Assembly: GCA_965214805.1 (NCBI GenBank)
Contig: OZ243982.1
Coordinates: forward strand, 1,237,116-1,301,115
From: Thermoanaerobaculia bacterium
GTDB lineage: Bacteria > Acidobacteriota > Thermoanaerobaculia > Multivoradales > Multivoraceae
DNA length: 64,000 bases
Direction of reading: 5' to 3'
Both the position numbers and the translations under genes were made by a program. Positions 1 to 9,094 of this stretch are shown one piece after another. The notes under the pieces are model-generated. The model ran no database searches and was not told the DNA's origin. It worked only from the letters and a program-made list of their open reading frames with translations. How positions within the stretch are numbered: the stretch's first letter is position 1; each line of letters opens with the position of its first letter.

Positions 1-351
1 CTCCTCACAGAACGAGTAGCGCTTGTAACGATTCCTGCTGCCGCGTTCCTCCTGAACCCGGATGTGGGCTTTCAGGCTGTCCGGATCGAACCACAGCGAG
101 GACAGTGAACGCCGACCCAGCATCGCGGACTCGATGCGGATGCGCGCCGCCTCGGCCGGAAGCGAAGGGCCATCCCCGCAGTGGCCGGCGGCGGGCAGCG
201 CAGCGGCGGCATCGAACTCGACTGCGGCGTCGGCGGAGAGAAACAGCTTCCTGGCTCGAAACTCGAGTCGTTGCCATGGCGGCTCGCTGCCGACCGCCCC
301 GACCGGAAGCGCCGCCGCCAGGACGGCAACGACCGCGACGGCCGCTCTCAA
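1..351 (-). CDS. Hypothetical secreted protein, N-terminal 117 aa only (runs off window start); TTG start overlapping the amidase stop (TTGA)
   Basis: Manual translation of the minus strand in the coordinate-1-mod-3 frame from 351 downward gives LRAAVAVVAVLAAALPVGAVGSEPPWQRLEFRARKLFLSADAAVEF...SLWFDPDSLKAHIRVQEERGSRNRYKRYSFCEE with no stop before the window edge. Signal-peptide-like N-terminus; codon and amino-acid usage (K, Y, F, N) is unlike the R/A/G/P-rich shadow frames; not in the ORF track because it is partial. Confidence 0.4.
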   Translation of the reverse strand, partial: MRAAVAVVAVLAAALPVGAVGSEPPWQRLEFRARKLFLSADAAVEFDAAAALPAAGHCGDGPSLPAEAARIRIESAMLGRRSLSSLWFDPDSLKAHIRVQEERGSRNRYKRYSFCEE

Positions 352-1796
352 CCCCAGGCCGAACACGGTGGTCTGCGCAGGATCCAGGGTCGAGCCCGCT
401 CGAGCTGGCTGGCCAGCCGCAGCAACAGGCCCTCGCCTCCTGCCTGGGCGGCAATCTGGACGCCGATCGGCAGCCCCCCGTCGCCGCCGGTCCAGCAGAG
501 CGGCACGGACGCAGCCGGATTCCCTGCCACGTTCATCAGTTGCGTGAAGCCGATCGTCTGCAGCAGCGCAGGCAGGTAGTCATCGTCCCGATTGGCCAGC
601 GAGAGGATGCCGAGCTTCGCCGGCGGGGCCGCCATCGTAGGCGACAGGAGGATGTCGAAGCCGCCCGAGAAGAACGCGGCCACCTGCCGGCCGACGGCGT
701 GCACCGTTCGCGTCGCACGAACGTAGTCGGCAGCATCGCGCTCCGCCGCCGACGCGGCCATGGCCCAGGTCAACGGCTCCAGCTCGTCTTCCCGCGGTTG
801 GCGGCCGATCGCCTCCGAGCGTTCAGCCACGGTAGCGCGAACGTTCGCGCCCACGATCAGCCGAGTTGCGTTTCCCAGCGCCACGGCGTCGATTTCCGGC
901 CCGGCCTGCCTGACCTCGTGTCCCAGCTCGATCAGGAGGCGGGCGGTCTCTTCGGCAGCAGCAACGCAGGACGGATGAACTTCGGCGCCGTTGAACGCCC
1001 GTGTCGTGAGCGCGATCCGCAACCGGCCCGGTTCCCGCCCCACCTCGGCCAGGAAGGGGCGTTCCGGCGGCAGCGCAGCGTACGGATCGCCCGCCACCGG
1101 ACCGGCCACCGCATCGAGGAGCGCGGCGCTGTCGCGCACCGTGCGGCTCACGCAGTGCTGGATCGAAAGACCGGCCCAACCCTCGCCCGCATCAGGGGCC
1201 AGGGACACGCGGCCACGGCTCGGCTTGAGGCCGAACAGCCCGCAGCACGACGCCGGGATCCGGATCGACCCGCCGCCGTCGCTGGCATGGGCTGCCGGCA
1301 CGATGCCCGCGGCAACAGCGGCGGCCGCGCCACCGGACGAGCCGCCCGCGATGTGTTCCAGGTTCCAGGGATTCCTGGTCCGACCGAAGATCGCGGACTC
1401 GGTGCTGGTGGTGAGTCCGAACTCCGGCGAGGCGCTGCGGCCCGCGATCAGGAGGCCCGCCTGGCGATAGCGGCGAACCATCTCGGAGTCGTGGTCCGGC
1501 ACGTTGCCGGCGAACAGCCGACTGCCGTTCGTCATCGGCAGGCCTTCTGCCGCGGCGTAGAGGTCCTTCAGGAGGTAGGGGACGCCGGCGAACGGCCCAG
1601 CCGCCGCCACGGCATCCGGAGCCGCCGCCGCCGCGCGCTCGAAGTCCGCGTGGACGATCGCATTCAGGCTGCCGTTCAGCTCTGAGGCGATGCCCGCGGC
1701 GCACTCGACCGCCTCGGTCGGGGCCAGCTCGCCGGAACGCATCAGACGCGCCAGTTCCAGTCCGTCACTCTCGAGATACGTCTCTCTGAGACTCAC
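348..1796 (-). CDS. Amidase (amidase-signature family)
   Basis: 482 aa ORF with the GGSSGG motif and a K..S..S catalytic-region signature (LLKDL, GGSSGGAAAAVAAG, DGGGSIRIPAS); GTG start at 1796. Confidence 0.85.
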   Translation of the reverse strand: MSLRETYLESDGLELARLMRSGELAPTEAVECAAGIASELNGSLNAIVHADFERAAAAAPDAVAAAGPFAGVPYLLKDLYAAAEGLPMTNGSRLFAGNVPDHDSEMVRRYRQAGLLIAGRSASPEFGLTTSTESAIFGRTRNPWNLEHIAGGSSGGAAAAVAAGIVPAAHASDGGGSIRIPASCCGLFGLKPSRGRVSLAPDAGEGWAGLSIQHCVSRTVRDSAALLDAVAGPVAGDPYAALPPERPFLAEVGREPGRLRIALTTRAFNGAEVHPSCVAAAEETARLLIELGHEVRQAGPEIDAVALGNATRLIVGANVRATVAERSEAIGRQPREDELEPLTWAMAASAAERDAADYVRATRTVHAVGRQVAAFFSGGFDILLSPTMAAPPAKLGILSLANRDDDYLPALLQTIGFTQLMNVAGNPAASVPLCWTGGDGGLPIGVQIAAQAGGEGLLLRLASQLERARPWILRRPPCSAWG

Positions 1797-2019
1797 AGGT
1801 CTTCCCTTCCTGACGCCCTGCCGAGCAGCGCGTCGGACACGATCTTCAGCATGATCTCCAACGCCTCCAGACCGCGCGCCATGCCATGGAAGGCCTGGCC
1901 CCTGGCCTCCTTCCGACGCTTCGTGACCTTCTTCGGGTCCAGTCGTTGGCTGCGGGCAGGACTTCGTTGTCCGTGAATTCCCGTGCGATCCGCCCGAGCA
2001 TCTCGCGCTCCGGGGTCAT
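1796..2019 (-). pseudogene. Small gene upstream of the amidase that needs a frameshift to read through; stop overlaps the amidase GTG start (GTGA)
   Basis: One frame reads MTPEREMLGRIAREFTDNEVLPAANDW (ATG at 2019) and a different frame reads LDPKKVTKRRKEARGQAFHGMARGLEALEIMLKIVSDALLGRASGREDL to a TGA at 1795-1797. Both segments have coding-like GC3 and K/I/M content. The join near 1935 requires a 1-nt indel or a sequencing error. Confidence 0.3.
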
Positions 2020-2180
2020 GCAGCCGACGGTCTTCGGCGTTTCGTTCACGCCGAGGTCCACTGCCGGACCGGCGGAAAGGTCGTCCGGGTTCCCCCGCCG
2101 ACTCGACGCCGATCTCGCAGGCAACGCCGTGGACGTCCAGGTCCAGGCAACGCGGCCGCAGCGTCGGCCGAAGCGCGGCA

Positions 2181-2525
2181 TCAGGCCGCGGCCCGCTTGT
2201 CGCCGAGGAGCATCCTCGCCGCGTCGCCGTTCGTTCGGAAGCTCAGGACGAGAAGGTACATGGCAAGGAACGGCACACCAAGGAAGAAGGCGCCGAGGGC
2301 GAGAAGGAGACCGACCGGGGCGAATCCGTTGCGCCAGGCGACCCACAGCGCTGAGAGGGAGAGGAACCCGAGGAAGTCGAGGTTGAACTGGCCGTTCCAG
2401 GTCATCGCGGCGATGTCCCGGAAGAAGAGAACCAGGAAAGCCGGGCCGTGTTCGGCAATGACGAGGACGGTGTAGATGACGATCACGGCAAACAGCATGG
2501 CCATGAAAGCGCGAAAGGCACTCAT
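2181..2525 (-). CDS. Small integral membrane protein (three hydrophobic segments), function unknown
   Basis: 114 aa ORF MSAFRAFMAMLFAVIVIYTVLVIAEHGPAFLVLFF...GLLLALGAFFLGVPFLAMYLLVLSF; strongly hydrophobic, low Arg content, unlike the shadow ORFs on the other strand. Confidence 0.55.
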   Translation of the reverse strand: MSAFRAFMAMLFAVIVIYTVLVIAEHGPAFLVLFFRDIAAMTWNGQFNLDFLGFLSLSALWVAWRNGFAPVGLLLALGAFFLGVPFLAMYLLVLSFRTNGDAARMLLGDKRAAA

Positions 2526-2689
2526 TCGGAACTCTCCTCTCCGTGAGTCTCCCTGCGGGTCAGGTCGAGATCGGCGCCGACGCCCTCGAAGCGGATCGCT
2601 GGACGCCGGCGTCCGGCAGCAGCCGGGGGCGCGCCGTCCACTGCCGCCTGGTGCAGATGAGCGTGGTGCAGCCGAATTCGGAGGCCGTG

Positions 2690-2990
2690 CTCAAAGGTCG
2701 ACTTCAGCTTGCTGCAAGGCATCATCCGGTAATCGTACCGTGGCAGATGGACCGGCTCGGGCTGAACTGCGAGGTCATCCGCGAGCGCAACCCGCGCATC
2801 GTCCACGCGGCTTCGGCGACACACGGACAAGCGACAGTCCCAGCGCCGACTGGCCCGCGTTCGACATCGTGGCGCAGCAATGGACGGCTTCGCCCAGGTC
2901 AACGGCCCGGCCGGCGCCAACGGCTGCCCCGGCGCCGCCTCTGTCGACGACCTGTTGCCCGGCGCGCTGACGGCGCTCGGCGCGAGCAGC
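2690..2990 (+). pseudogene. Decayed fragment of a family III CoA-transferase (CaiB/BaiF-like), frameshifted and truncated at both ends
   Basis: Three consecutive plus-strand frames carry family-III motifs in the correct order: DRLGLNCEVIRERNPRIVHAASATHGQ (LGLgYEaL-NPRLvY-sisGfGqtGP region), then WPAFDIVAQQW (PGYDlvaQa), then MDGFAQVNGPAG. There is no intact ORF, the N-terminal ~80 aa is missing, and the C-terminal half is cut off by the porin gene at 3042. Confidence 0.45.
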
Positions 2991-3041
2991 AACGATTCCC
3001 GTGCCGCGGGATGCCGAGCCCGGAGCCGCAGGATGCCGCGT

Positions 3042-3623
3042 CTAGAACTGGTACGCCAGACCGGCCTGGGCGGTGGCGTAGGTGCTGGCGGCATCGATGT
3101 CCGCGTAGTGGCCCGACAATTCGATCACCACCGAGAGCCGCTTGTTGATCGGGAAGTCGCCGGATACGCCGAGCGTCAGACCGGGGCCCTCTTCCGACTC
3201 GACGCTGTTGGCAATCTCGTAGAGACCGAGCCCGAAGAACACGCCCGACTGGTAGTACAGCTCCTGGAAGCGGTACTCGCCGGCGATCGTGGCGTAGCGG
3301 AAGGTCGGACTCGCCAGGGAGCCCACCTGATCGCCGCTGAGACCGATGCTCCCGAGCCGAATCCCGACCGCGGTGCGCGGCTGCGTGCGCCAGGCGAACG
3401 CGGCCTGCACGCCGCTGCTGTCGGTGCCCGCGCTGAAACTGCCGCCGATCGAGGGGCTGAGCGTGACCGTGTAGCTGTACCGCTCCTGAGCCGTGGCAGC
3501 GCCCGCGCCGGCAAGGAGCAGCAGAGCCGCCGCCAGAAGGAACAGAACGACGGGTCGGGAGGCGGCTCGCGACGCCTCCTGGTGCGCGCGCCCGGGGCGG
3601 AACTGAGGATCCGATGCGGTCAA
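3042..3623 (-). CDS. Outer-membrane beta-barrel protein (OmpW/OmpA-like small porin)
   Basis: TTG start at 3623 preceded by AAGGAGA; signal peptide VVLFLLAAALLLLAGAGAATAQE; alternating amphipathic beta-strand pattern; C-terminal aromatic residue (LAYQF). The 530 aa track ORF is a shadow-extended version. Confidence 0.65.
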   Translation of the reverse strand: MTASDPQFRPGRAHQEASRAASRPVVLFLLAAALLLLAGAGAATAQERYSYTVTLSPSIGGSFSAGTDSSGVQAAFAWRTQPRTAVGIRLGSIGLSGDQVGSLASPTFRYATIAGEYRFQELYYQSGVFFGLGLYEIANSVESEEGPGLTLGVSGDFPINKRLSVVIELSGHYADIDAASTYATAQAGLAYQF

Positions 3624-3745
3624 GTGAATCTCCTTCTGGCGCGCCGGCACTCTAGCAGCCGGTACGCCGCAACACCCGGAGCCCCGAAGGTCCTGGGGTC
3701 CCGGAGTCCCGGGATCCACGGGTCGAATACGTCCTTGTCGGCAGG

Positions 3746-4502
3746 AATGACCGAGAACGGCCCACCCGCCGGAAGACTGCCTGCCTTGTTCTACGGAGGC
3801 CGGCGTCGAAACGTCGCAACCCGCCTCGGCTGGACCGCGATCAGGCGCCTGCGGCGCGTCGCCGCGCTGGCGATCGAGCTGCTCCTGCCCCGGGTCTGCC
3901 TCGCATGCTCCGCTCCGGCCGAGCGGGAACTCGGCCTGTGCGAGGAGTGCCGACGCCTGCTCGAGGCGCCGCCGCAGGGCCTCGCAGCCGGCGAAAAGCT
4001 CGATGGCTGCGACATCTTCTTCTGGCTCTGGAAGTACCGGCCGCCGATGGACAAGGTGATCCTGGCACTGAAGCACCATCGCCTCGACTATCTCGGACGC
4101 CACCTGGCGGCCGAAGCCGTGAACGCCCTGGAAGCGGAGTTGGGCCGCGCCGAGCTGATCGTCCCGATGCCCATGCACTGGCGCCGGCGCCTGGTCCGGG
4201 GCCGTAACCACGCCGAGTCGATCGCCCGGCCGCTGGCGGGGAAGCTCGGGCGCCCTCTGCGCGCCGCACTGCGACGGCGAACCCTGGGCCGACCCCAGGT
4301 CGGACGCGGTCGGCGCCAGCGGCTCGCCAACCCGACCGTCATGTTCCAGTGCACCCGGCCGGACGATGTCCGTGATCGCGTCGTGCTCCTGGTCGACGAT
4401 GTCGTCACCACGGGCGCCACGGCCGCTCGCGCAGCGCGCTGCCTGCGGGCCGCGGGTGCGGCCGAGATCATCGTGTTCGCACCCGCACGGACGCCGGGCT
4501 GA
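3746..4502 (+). CDS. comF: ComF family protein (phosphoribosyltransferase domain with an N-terminal zinc-finger-like CxxC...CxxC)
   Basis: LLLPRVCLACSAP...LCEECRRLL Cys pairs, then a PRTase motif VVLLVDDVVTTGATAARAARCLRAAGAAEIIVF at the C-terminus; ATG at 3746 chosen inside the 540 aa track ORF. Confidence 0.7.
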
Positions 4503-4536
4503 ACTTCCAGATCTTCCGCTATAGTGGTCAGCTGAA

Positions 4537-6591
4537 ATGTATGGCCGGAACCAACCCGGCGGCTCCCGGTCGACCGTGGCGCGCCCGCGCCTGCTCTCGG
4601 CGGGAGTTCTGGCGGTGGTCGCCGCGGGCGCCACGTCCGCCGTCGCGCCCGTCGGGGCGGGCGTTGACGTGCCCAGTCTCGGGGATCCGACCGCCGGGAG
4701 GCTGGTGGGGCGCGTTTACGCCGACAAGGCGCCGCTTCCTGCGGCACAGGTCTACGTCTGCGACATGGCCGACAACGGCAGGCTCCTGGCGACGACCGAT
4801 CGCTTCGGGCGTTACGCCTTCCAGCCCCTGTCTGCCGGCGTCTACAGGGTAGTCGCCCATCGGCCGGGTTACGTGCCCGCGGTAGCGGAACTCACTCGCA
4901 CAACGGGCGAATCGGTCCAGTCGCTCGACTTCGAGCTGGGAACCCGGGCGCATCGCTCCGGCAGTGACGGCAAGGACGACGACGGCGGCCAGGAGGACTT
5001 CTGGTCGATCCGCGCCCGCATCCCCAGCGACGTGCTCCGCCAGATCCAGGTCGCCGAGGCGATGGCGGATGATCAGGGCTGGGCTCTCGAGACGGCGATC
5101 CAGCGGGAGCGATTCGAAGCCGAACTCAGGACTCTTTCCGGCGTCGAAGAGGCCGGCGAGGCCGGCGCCCTGGTGCTGGGCAGCCAGCTCGATCTCCGCA
5201 GCCGATTCGGCGAAACGCAGCTTGCGCTCCGTTCCGATCTGCGCCAGTTCAGGCGTCAGGCCTTCCGTGCCGACGCGGCGCAGCAGCCGGTCGGCGACAG
5301 CCAGGCCTTTGCGCTGGACGTGAACCATCGGGGTTCGAACATCCGGTTCACGTCGCAGCGCCATCGCTTCCAGGGTCCACCGGTCGGGTCCTGGGACGAC
5401 CTGGACTCCGTGGCCGCCGGACTGGAGAGCTACGGCGTGCGCGTGGAGCAGGCCGCCGGCGACGGAGCTTCCCACTTCGAGGCCCGTTACACCGCGGACA
5501 ACAACTTCCACCACGGCTTCGGTGATCTCTATGCCGGCCCCAGCGGGGTCCACAGTCAGGCGCTGGCGGCGATCGATTCACCCATGTCGTCGACGACGCT
5601 CGAGTTCCGCGGCGCCTACGAACGGCAGATCACGGCGAGTACGTCCCTCGAGACCGGCATCAGTTACCGCGAGCGCCAGGCCTACGGCGACGGCCGGCTG
5701 TCGAGTTGGGGCGAGGATCCTCACCAACGTTTCGACGTGTTCGGTCAGGGCGACTGGGAGATCCAGCCCACCGTCATCCTCGAGTACGGCATGTTCAGCA
5801 CCCTGAGCGACGGCAGTCTCTCGTTCACGCCCCAGGCCGGCTTCGTGGTCGAACTCGGCCCACGCTGGCTGGCCAGGATCGCGGCGAGCCAGCGGGTCGA
5901 CTCCGAACAGCTCCTGTTTCGTGACTTCCTGCCCGTGCAGTATCAGGACGACGAAACCTGCAGCAGGAGCCACGAGCACTGCTACCGGGTCAAGCTCAGA
6001 CGGCTCGGCGCATCGGGCCAGAACCACGGTCTCGAGTTCGGCGTCAATCGGCGGCAGTTCGCGGACAACGTCCGGCTGTACTTCAGCCGCGACATCTTCG
6101 ACCGGCTGGAGAGCCTGCTGCTGGTTGACGGCGACCAGGTCGAGGAAATCCAGTTCGGTCTTCAGCAGCGCCTGGGCAAGAGGATCCTGACCCGCGTCAG
6201 CTCCTCCGCGGCCGTCGGCGGCGGCGGTCTGCTGCGCGCCAAGGACGGGAGCAGTCTCCGCAACGACGTCCGCTACCTGCTCGCAAGCGCCGACACCCGA
6301 TTCGAGCGCAGCTCGACCGGCGTTCTCATCGCCTACCGTTGGGTCGAGCAGGAACTTTCGCCCATCACCCACGAGGGCGCCGACTTCCGGCCCTTCCGTT
6401 CGGACACCGTGCTCGCCGTGGAACGCATCGAAGTGGTGCTGACCCAGGACCTCCCCTGGGCCACGGGCCTGCAGAACTGGGCCCTGCAACTCGAGATGCA
6501 GCTCAGCCGCGGACACGCCCCGATCGAGTCCGGCCACGATCCCGACCAGCTTCGCCGCCGCGTCGTGGCTGGCATCGCCGTCCGCTTCTAG
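4537..6591 (+). CDS. Outer-membrane protein with an N-terminal carboxypeptidase-regulatory-like (CarboxypepD_reg) domain and a C-terminal beta-barrel
   Basis: Signal peptide RLLSAGVLAVVAAGATSAVAP; GRLVGRVYADKAPLPAAQVYVCDMADNGRLLATTDRFGRYAFQPLSAGVYRVVAHRPGY matches the CarboxypepD_reg fold; long beta-strand-rich remainder ending in IAVRF. Confidence 0.6.
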   Translation: MYGRNQPGGSRSTVARPRLLSAGVLAVVAAGATSAVAPVGAGVDVPSLGDPTAGRLVGRVYADKAPLPAAQVYVCDMADNGRLLATTDRFGRYAFQPLSAGVYRVVAHRPGYVPAVAELTRTTGESVQSLDFELGTRAHRSGSDGKDDDGGQEDFWSIRARIPSDVLRQIQVAEAMADDQGWALETAIQRERFEAELRTLSGVEEAGEAGALVLGSQLDLRSRFGETQLALRSDLRQFRRQAFRADAAQQPVGDSQAFALDVNHRGSNIRFTSQRHRFQGPPVGSWDDLDSVAAGLESYGVRVEQAAGDGASHFEARYTADNNFHHGFGDLYAGPSGVHSQALAAIDSPMSSTTLEFRGAYERQITASTSLETGISYRERQAYGDGRLSSWGEDPHQRFDVFGQGDWEIQPTVILEYGMFSTLSDGSLSFTPQAGFVVELGPRWLARIAASQRVDSEQLLFRDFLPVQYQDDETCSRSHEHCYRVKLRRLGASGQNHGLEFGVNRRQFADNVRLYFSRDIFDRLESLLLVDGDQVEEIQFGLQQRLGKRILTRVSSSAAVGGGGLLRAKDGSSLRNDVRYLLASADTRFERSSTGVLIAYRWVEQELSPITHEGADFRPFRSDTVLAVERIEVVLTQDLPWATGLQNWALQLEMQLSRGHAPIESGHDPDQLRRRVVAGIAVRF

Positions 6592-6606
6592 CTGGCAGCC
6601 AGGAGC

Positions 6607-7821
6607 TTGCTGTCCCCCGAGGAAGCCTGGGCCGCCATCGCGGCGGAGGCAAGGACGCTCGAAGTCGAGCGAGTCTCCAGGGCGGACGCCGTGGGCAGGG
6701 TGCTGGCAGCAGGCCTGACGGCGACCGTCGACGTGCCCGCGCACGACGTCTCGGCGATGGATGGCTTCGCCCTCGGAGCCGATGTCGAACCGGGAGCCGT
6801 GCTGCCTGTCACGGGAATCGTCGCGGCAGGCGATCCGCCGGGAGCGGAGCTTCGATCCGGGGCGGCCATGCGGATCATGACTGGAGCGCCGACGCCCGCC
6901 GGGGCAGACCGGGTGGTCCCGATCGAACAGACCGAGTTCGAAGCCGCCGACGAAACAGGCGCTGCGCGAACTGTCCGCATCGTGGCGCCGGTGCCGGCGA
7001 ACCGCCACATCCGGCGGCAGGCCGAGGTCACCGCGACTGGCGGACCGCTGCTGGCCGCGGGAGAGATGTTGACACCCGGCGGTGCGGGCCTGCTGGCGAC
7101 CCACGGCATTCACGAGGCGCCGGTGCACCGCCGACCGACCGTTGCCACGCTCTCGACTGGCGACGAAGTCGTTCCGGCAGAGACAGAGCCGGGGCCGGGT
7201 CAGATCAGAGATTCGCACCGCGACTTCCTGCGGGCCGCCCTTTCGCAACTGGGCATCGAAGCGGTCGCGCTCGGCATCGCGCGGGACGATCCCGCCGAAC
7301 TCCAGGCGAAGGTCGAATGCGGCCTCGACTCGGACGTGCTCCTGATTTCCGGCGGTGTCTCCATGGGCGAGTTCGACTTCGTGGAACACGTGCTGGGCGA
7401 CGCAGGCCTCGGCTGCCGCATCCTGTTCGACACGGTCGCGATACAGCCCGGGAAGCCCCTGGTGGCCGCCCGCCACGACCGGGGCTGGGTGTTCGGCCTG
7501 CCCGGCAATCCGGCCTCGGCCATGGTCACGTACTGGCTGCTGGTGCGCCCCCTGCTGCGGCGCCTGACGGGCGCCGAAGACGGCTACTGGCAGGGCGCGC
7601 TTCGAGCCCGGCTCGAGGGCGACCTGCCGGGCGCGAAATGGCGCGACCGTTTCCTGCCCTGCCGGCTCCGGGTCGAGTCAGGGATGGTGCTCGCCGACCC
7701 GAGACCACCGCTGGGTTCCCACGACCTGGTCGCCTACGGCGCCGGCGCCGGACTGGTGCGGGTGTCGAAGTACAGTGAGCCCGCGGCTGCCGGCGATCCC
7801 TGCGACGTTCTGCCGCTATAG
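6607..7821 (+). CDS. moeA: Molybdopterin molybdenumtransferase MoeA
   Basis: 404 aa; MoeA N-terminal domain (VPAHDVSAMDGFAL), MoCF-biosynthesis domain (VLLISGGVSMGEFDFV) and C-terminal domain all in order. Confidence 0.9.
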   Translation: MLSPEEAWAAIAAEARTLEVERVSRADAVGRVLAAGLTATVDVPAHDVSAMDGFALGADVEPGAVLPVTGIVAAGDPPGAELRSGAAMRIMTGAPTPAGADRVVPIEQTEFEAADETGAARTVRIVAPVPANRHIRRQAEVTATGGPLLAAGEMLTPGGAGLLATHGIHEAPVHRRPTVATLSTGDEVVPAETEPGPGQIRDSHRDFLRAALSQLGIEAVALGIARDDPAELQAKVECGLDSDVLLISGGVSMGEFDFVEHVLGDAGLGCRILFDTVAIQPGKPLVAARHDRGWVFGLPGNPASAMVTYWLLVRPLLRRLTGAEDGYWQGALRARLEGDLPGAKWRDRFLPCRLRVESGMVLADPRPPLGSHDLVAYGAGAGLVRVSKYSEPAAAGDPCDVLPL

Positions 7822-8149
7822 GCGCGCCGCAACAGGCACGGCAGCCCCCGGACAGGGCGGCAAGGATCGTCCAGTGCAGATGGCCTACTGGCTCAGGGCC
7901 GCTCGCGGATCTCGAGATCGAGAGTGAATCGGGGGTCTCGGCGGGATGGACGTGACGCCTCCAAAGCCCTTGGGACCATCTGTCCCCGACTGTCACGCAA
8001 GGCGGCGTCGAAGTCGCGCGCTTCAAGCACCAGGCCGCAAGCCGCGGCCACGCCGATGACCGGCGCACGTGGCTCCACTGCCGCCGTCCGTGTGACGGAA
8101 CACAGCGGCGCGGCCGCCCTGGCTGCTACACTCACGCGTCGCCGACCAT

Positions 8150-8225
<76 letters not shown>

Positions 8226-8287
8226 TTCCGGTCGGCCTGAAACCGCGCGCCGCGGCGCTCGACGCCGCAAACACTCCTGGGGCCTGG

Positions 8288-8911
8288 CTAGCCGCCTGGA
8301 CGAGCGCTGTCGAGCATCGCCAGGAACGCCTGGCGCTGCTCCCGCATCGTGGACGCGGGGCCGACCGCGCGCAGGAACCAGGGGCCGCCGGGCGCTTCGA
8401 TCACTGCGCCGTACAGCGCGAAGTCCGGCTGGTCCGTGGTCGGGAAGCTGCCGACCGTGCTCGCCTTCACCATGCCCTCGAGCTCGATCCAGGTACGGCG
8501 GACGCCGTCGCTCTCGCGGCTCTGCGGCAGAGGCTCCGGAGCGCCGGCAGCGAGGACGACCTGGCTCTTCCAGCGTTCGATGTTGGCCGCCGCACCTCCG
8601 CCGCCACCGGGTCCGAAGTGGTACATCGACATCTCGCCCGGACCGCCGGAACCCGGAATCTCTGCCTCGAGCATCCGCATCGACGACCCGGGTTCGAGCC
8701 GGTTCCAGGCTGCCGGCAGCGCGATCGACACACCCCTGGCAGTCACCGGGGCCGACAGTTCGACTGTCCGGGCTGCTTCTTCGGCCTCCTCGGCCCCGGC
8801 GTTGCCCTGGGCCGGCGCATCCGGGCCGCAAGCCAGGAAAAGAAGGAGTGCCAGGCCGACCGCCGGTACGCCGGGCAGCGGGCCGGAGCGGCAGTGTCTT
8901 GGCATGGTCAT
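8288..8911 (-). CDS. Hypothetical lipoprotein
   Basis: 207 aa; signal peptide with lipobox LLLFLACG; Gly/Pro-rich secreted protein; no recognisable domain. Confidence 0.55.
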   Translation of the reverse strand: MTMPRHCRSGPLPGVPAVGLALLLFLACGPDAPAQGNAGAEEAEEAARTVELSAPVTARGVSIALPAAWNRLEPGSSMRMLEAEIPGSGGPGEMSMYHFGPGGGGGAAANIERWKSQVVLAAGAPEPLPQSRESDGVRRTWIELEGMVKASTVGSFPTTDQPDFALYGAVIEAPGGPWFLRAVGPASTMREQRQAFLAMLDSARPGG

Positions 8912-8977
8912 CGTCGGACTCCTCGTGCGGTCATGGATCCGGCCAACAGCCGGTGGTCAGAAGATATGCTGATCCGT

Positions 8978-9076
8978 GGAAGCGCTCGGGGGCTGGTGCC
9001 TTCCGCGGTCTTCAAAACCGTTGTCCGGGGCGTGATGCGTCACGGGGGTGGGTTCGATTCCCATGCGCTTCCGCCA
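8978..9076 (+). tRNA. selC: tRNA-Sec (selC), anticodon TCA
   Basis: 99 nt: 8-bp acceptor GGAAGCGC/GCGCTTCC, 6-bp D-stem GGGGGC/GCCTTC with a 4-nt loop TGGT, anticodon stem GCGGT/ACCGT with loop CTTCAAA (TCA reads UGA), long variable arm with CGTGA-TGCG-TCACG hairpin, T-arm GTGGG-TTCGATT-CCCAT, discriminator G, CCA. This 8/5 architecture plus the long extra arm is diagnostic for bacterial tRNA-Sec rather than tRNA-Ser. Confidence 0.85.
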
Positions 9077-9094
9077 CCGGCACACGCCGTGCAG

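Noticed and set aside
348-1796. Amidase as GatA with the upstream small ORF as GatC
   Set aside because: The amidase lacks GatA-specific features, and the small ORF has no resemblance to GatC; it is kept as a generic amidase-signature enzyme.
5578-7476. 632 aa minus-strand ORF
   Set aside because: It is antisense to the outer-membrane protein and moeA; no motifs; shadow ORF.
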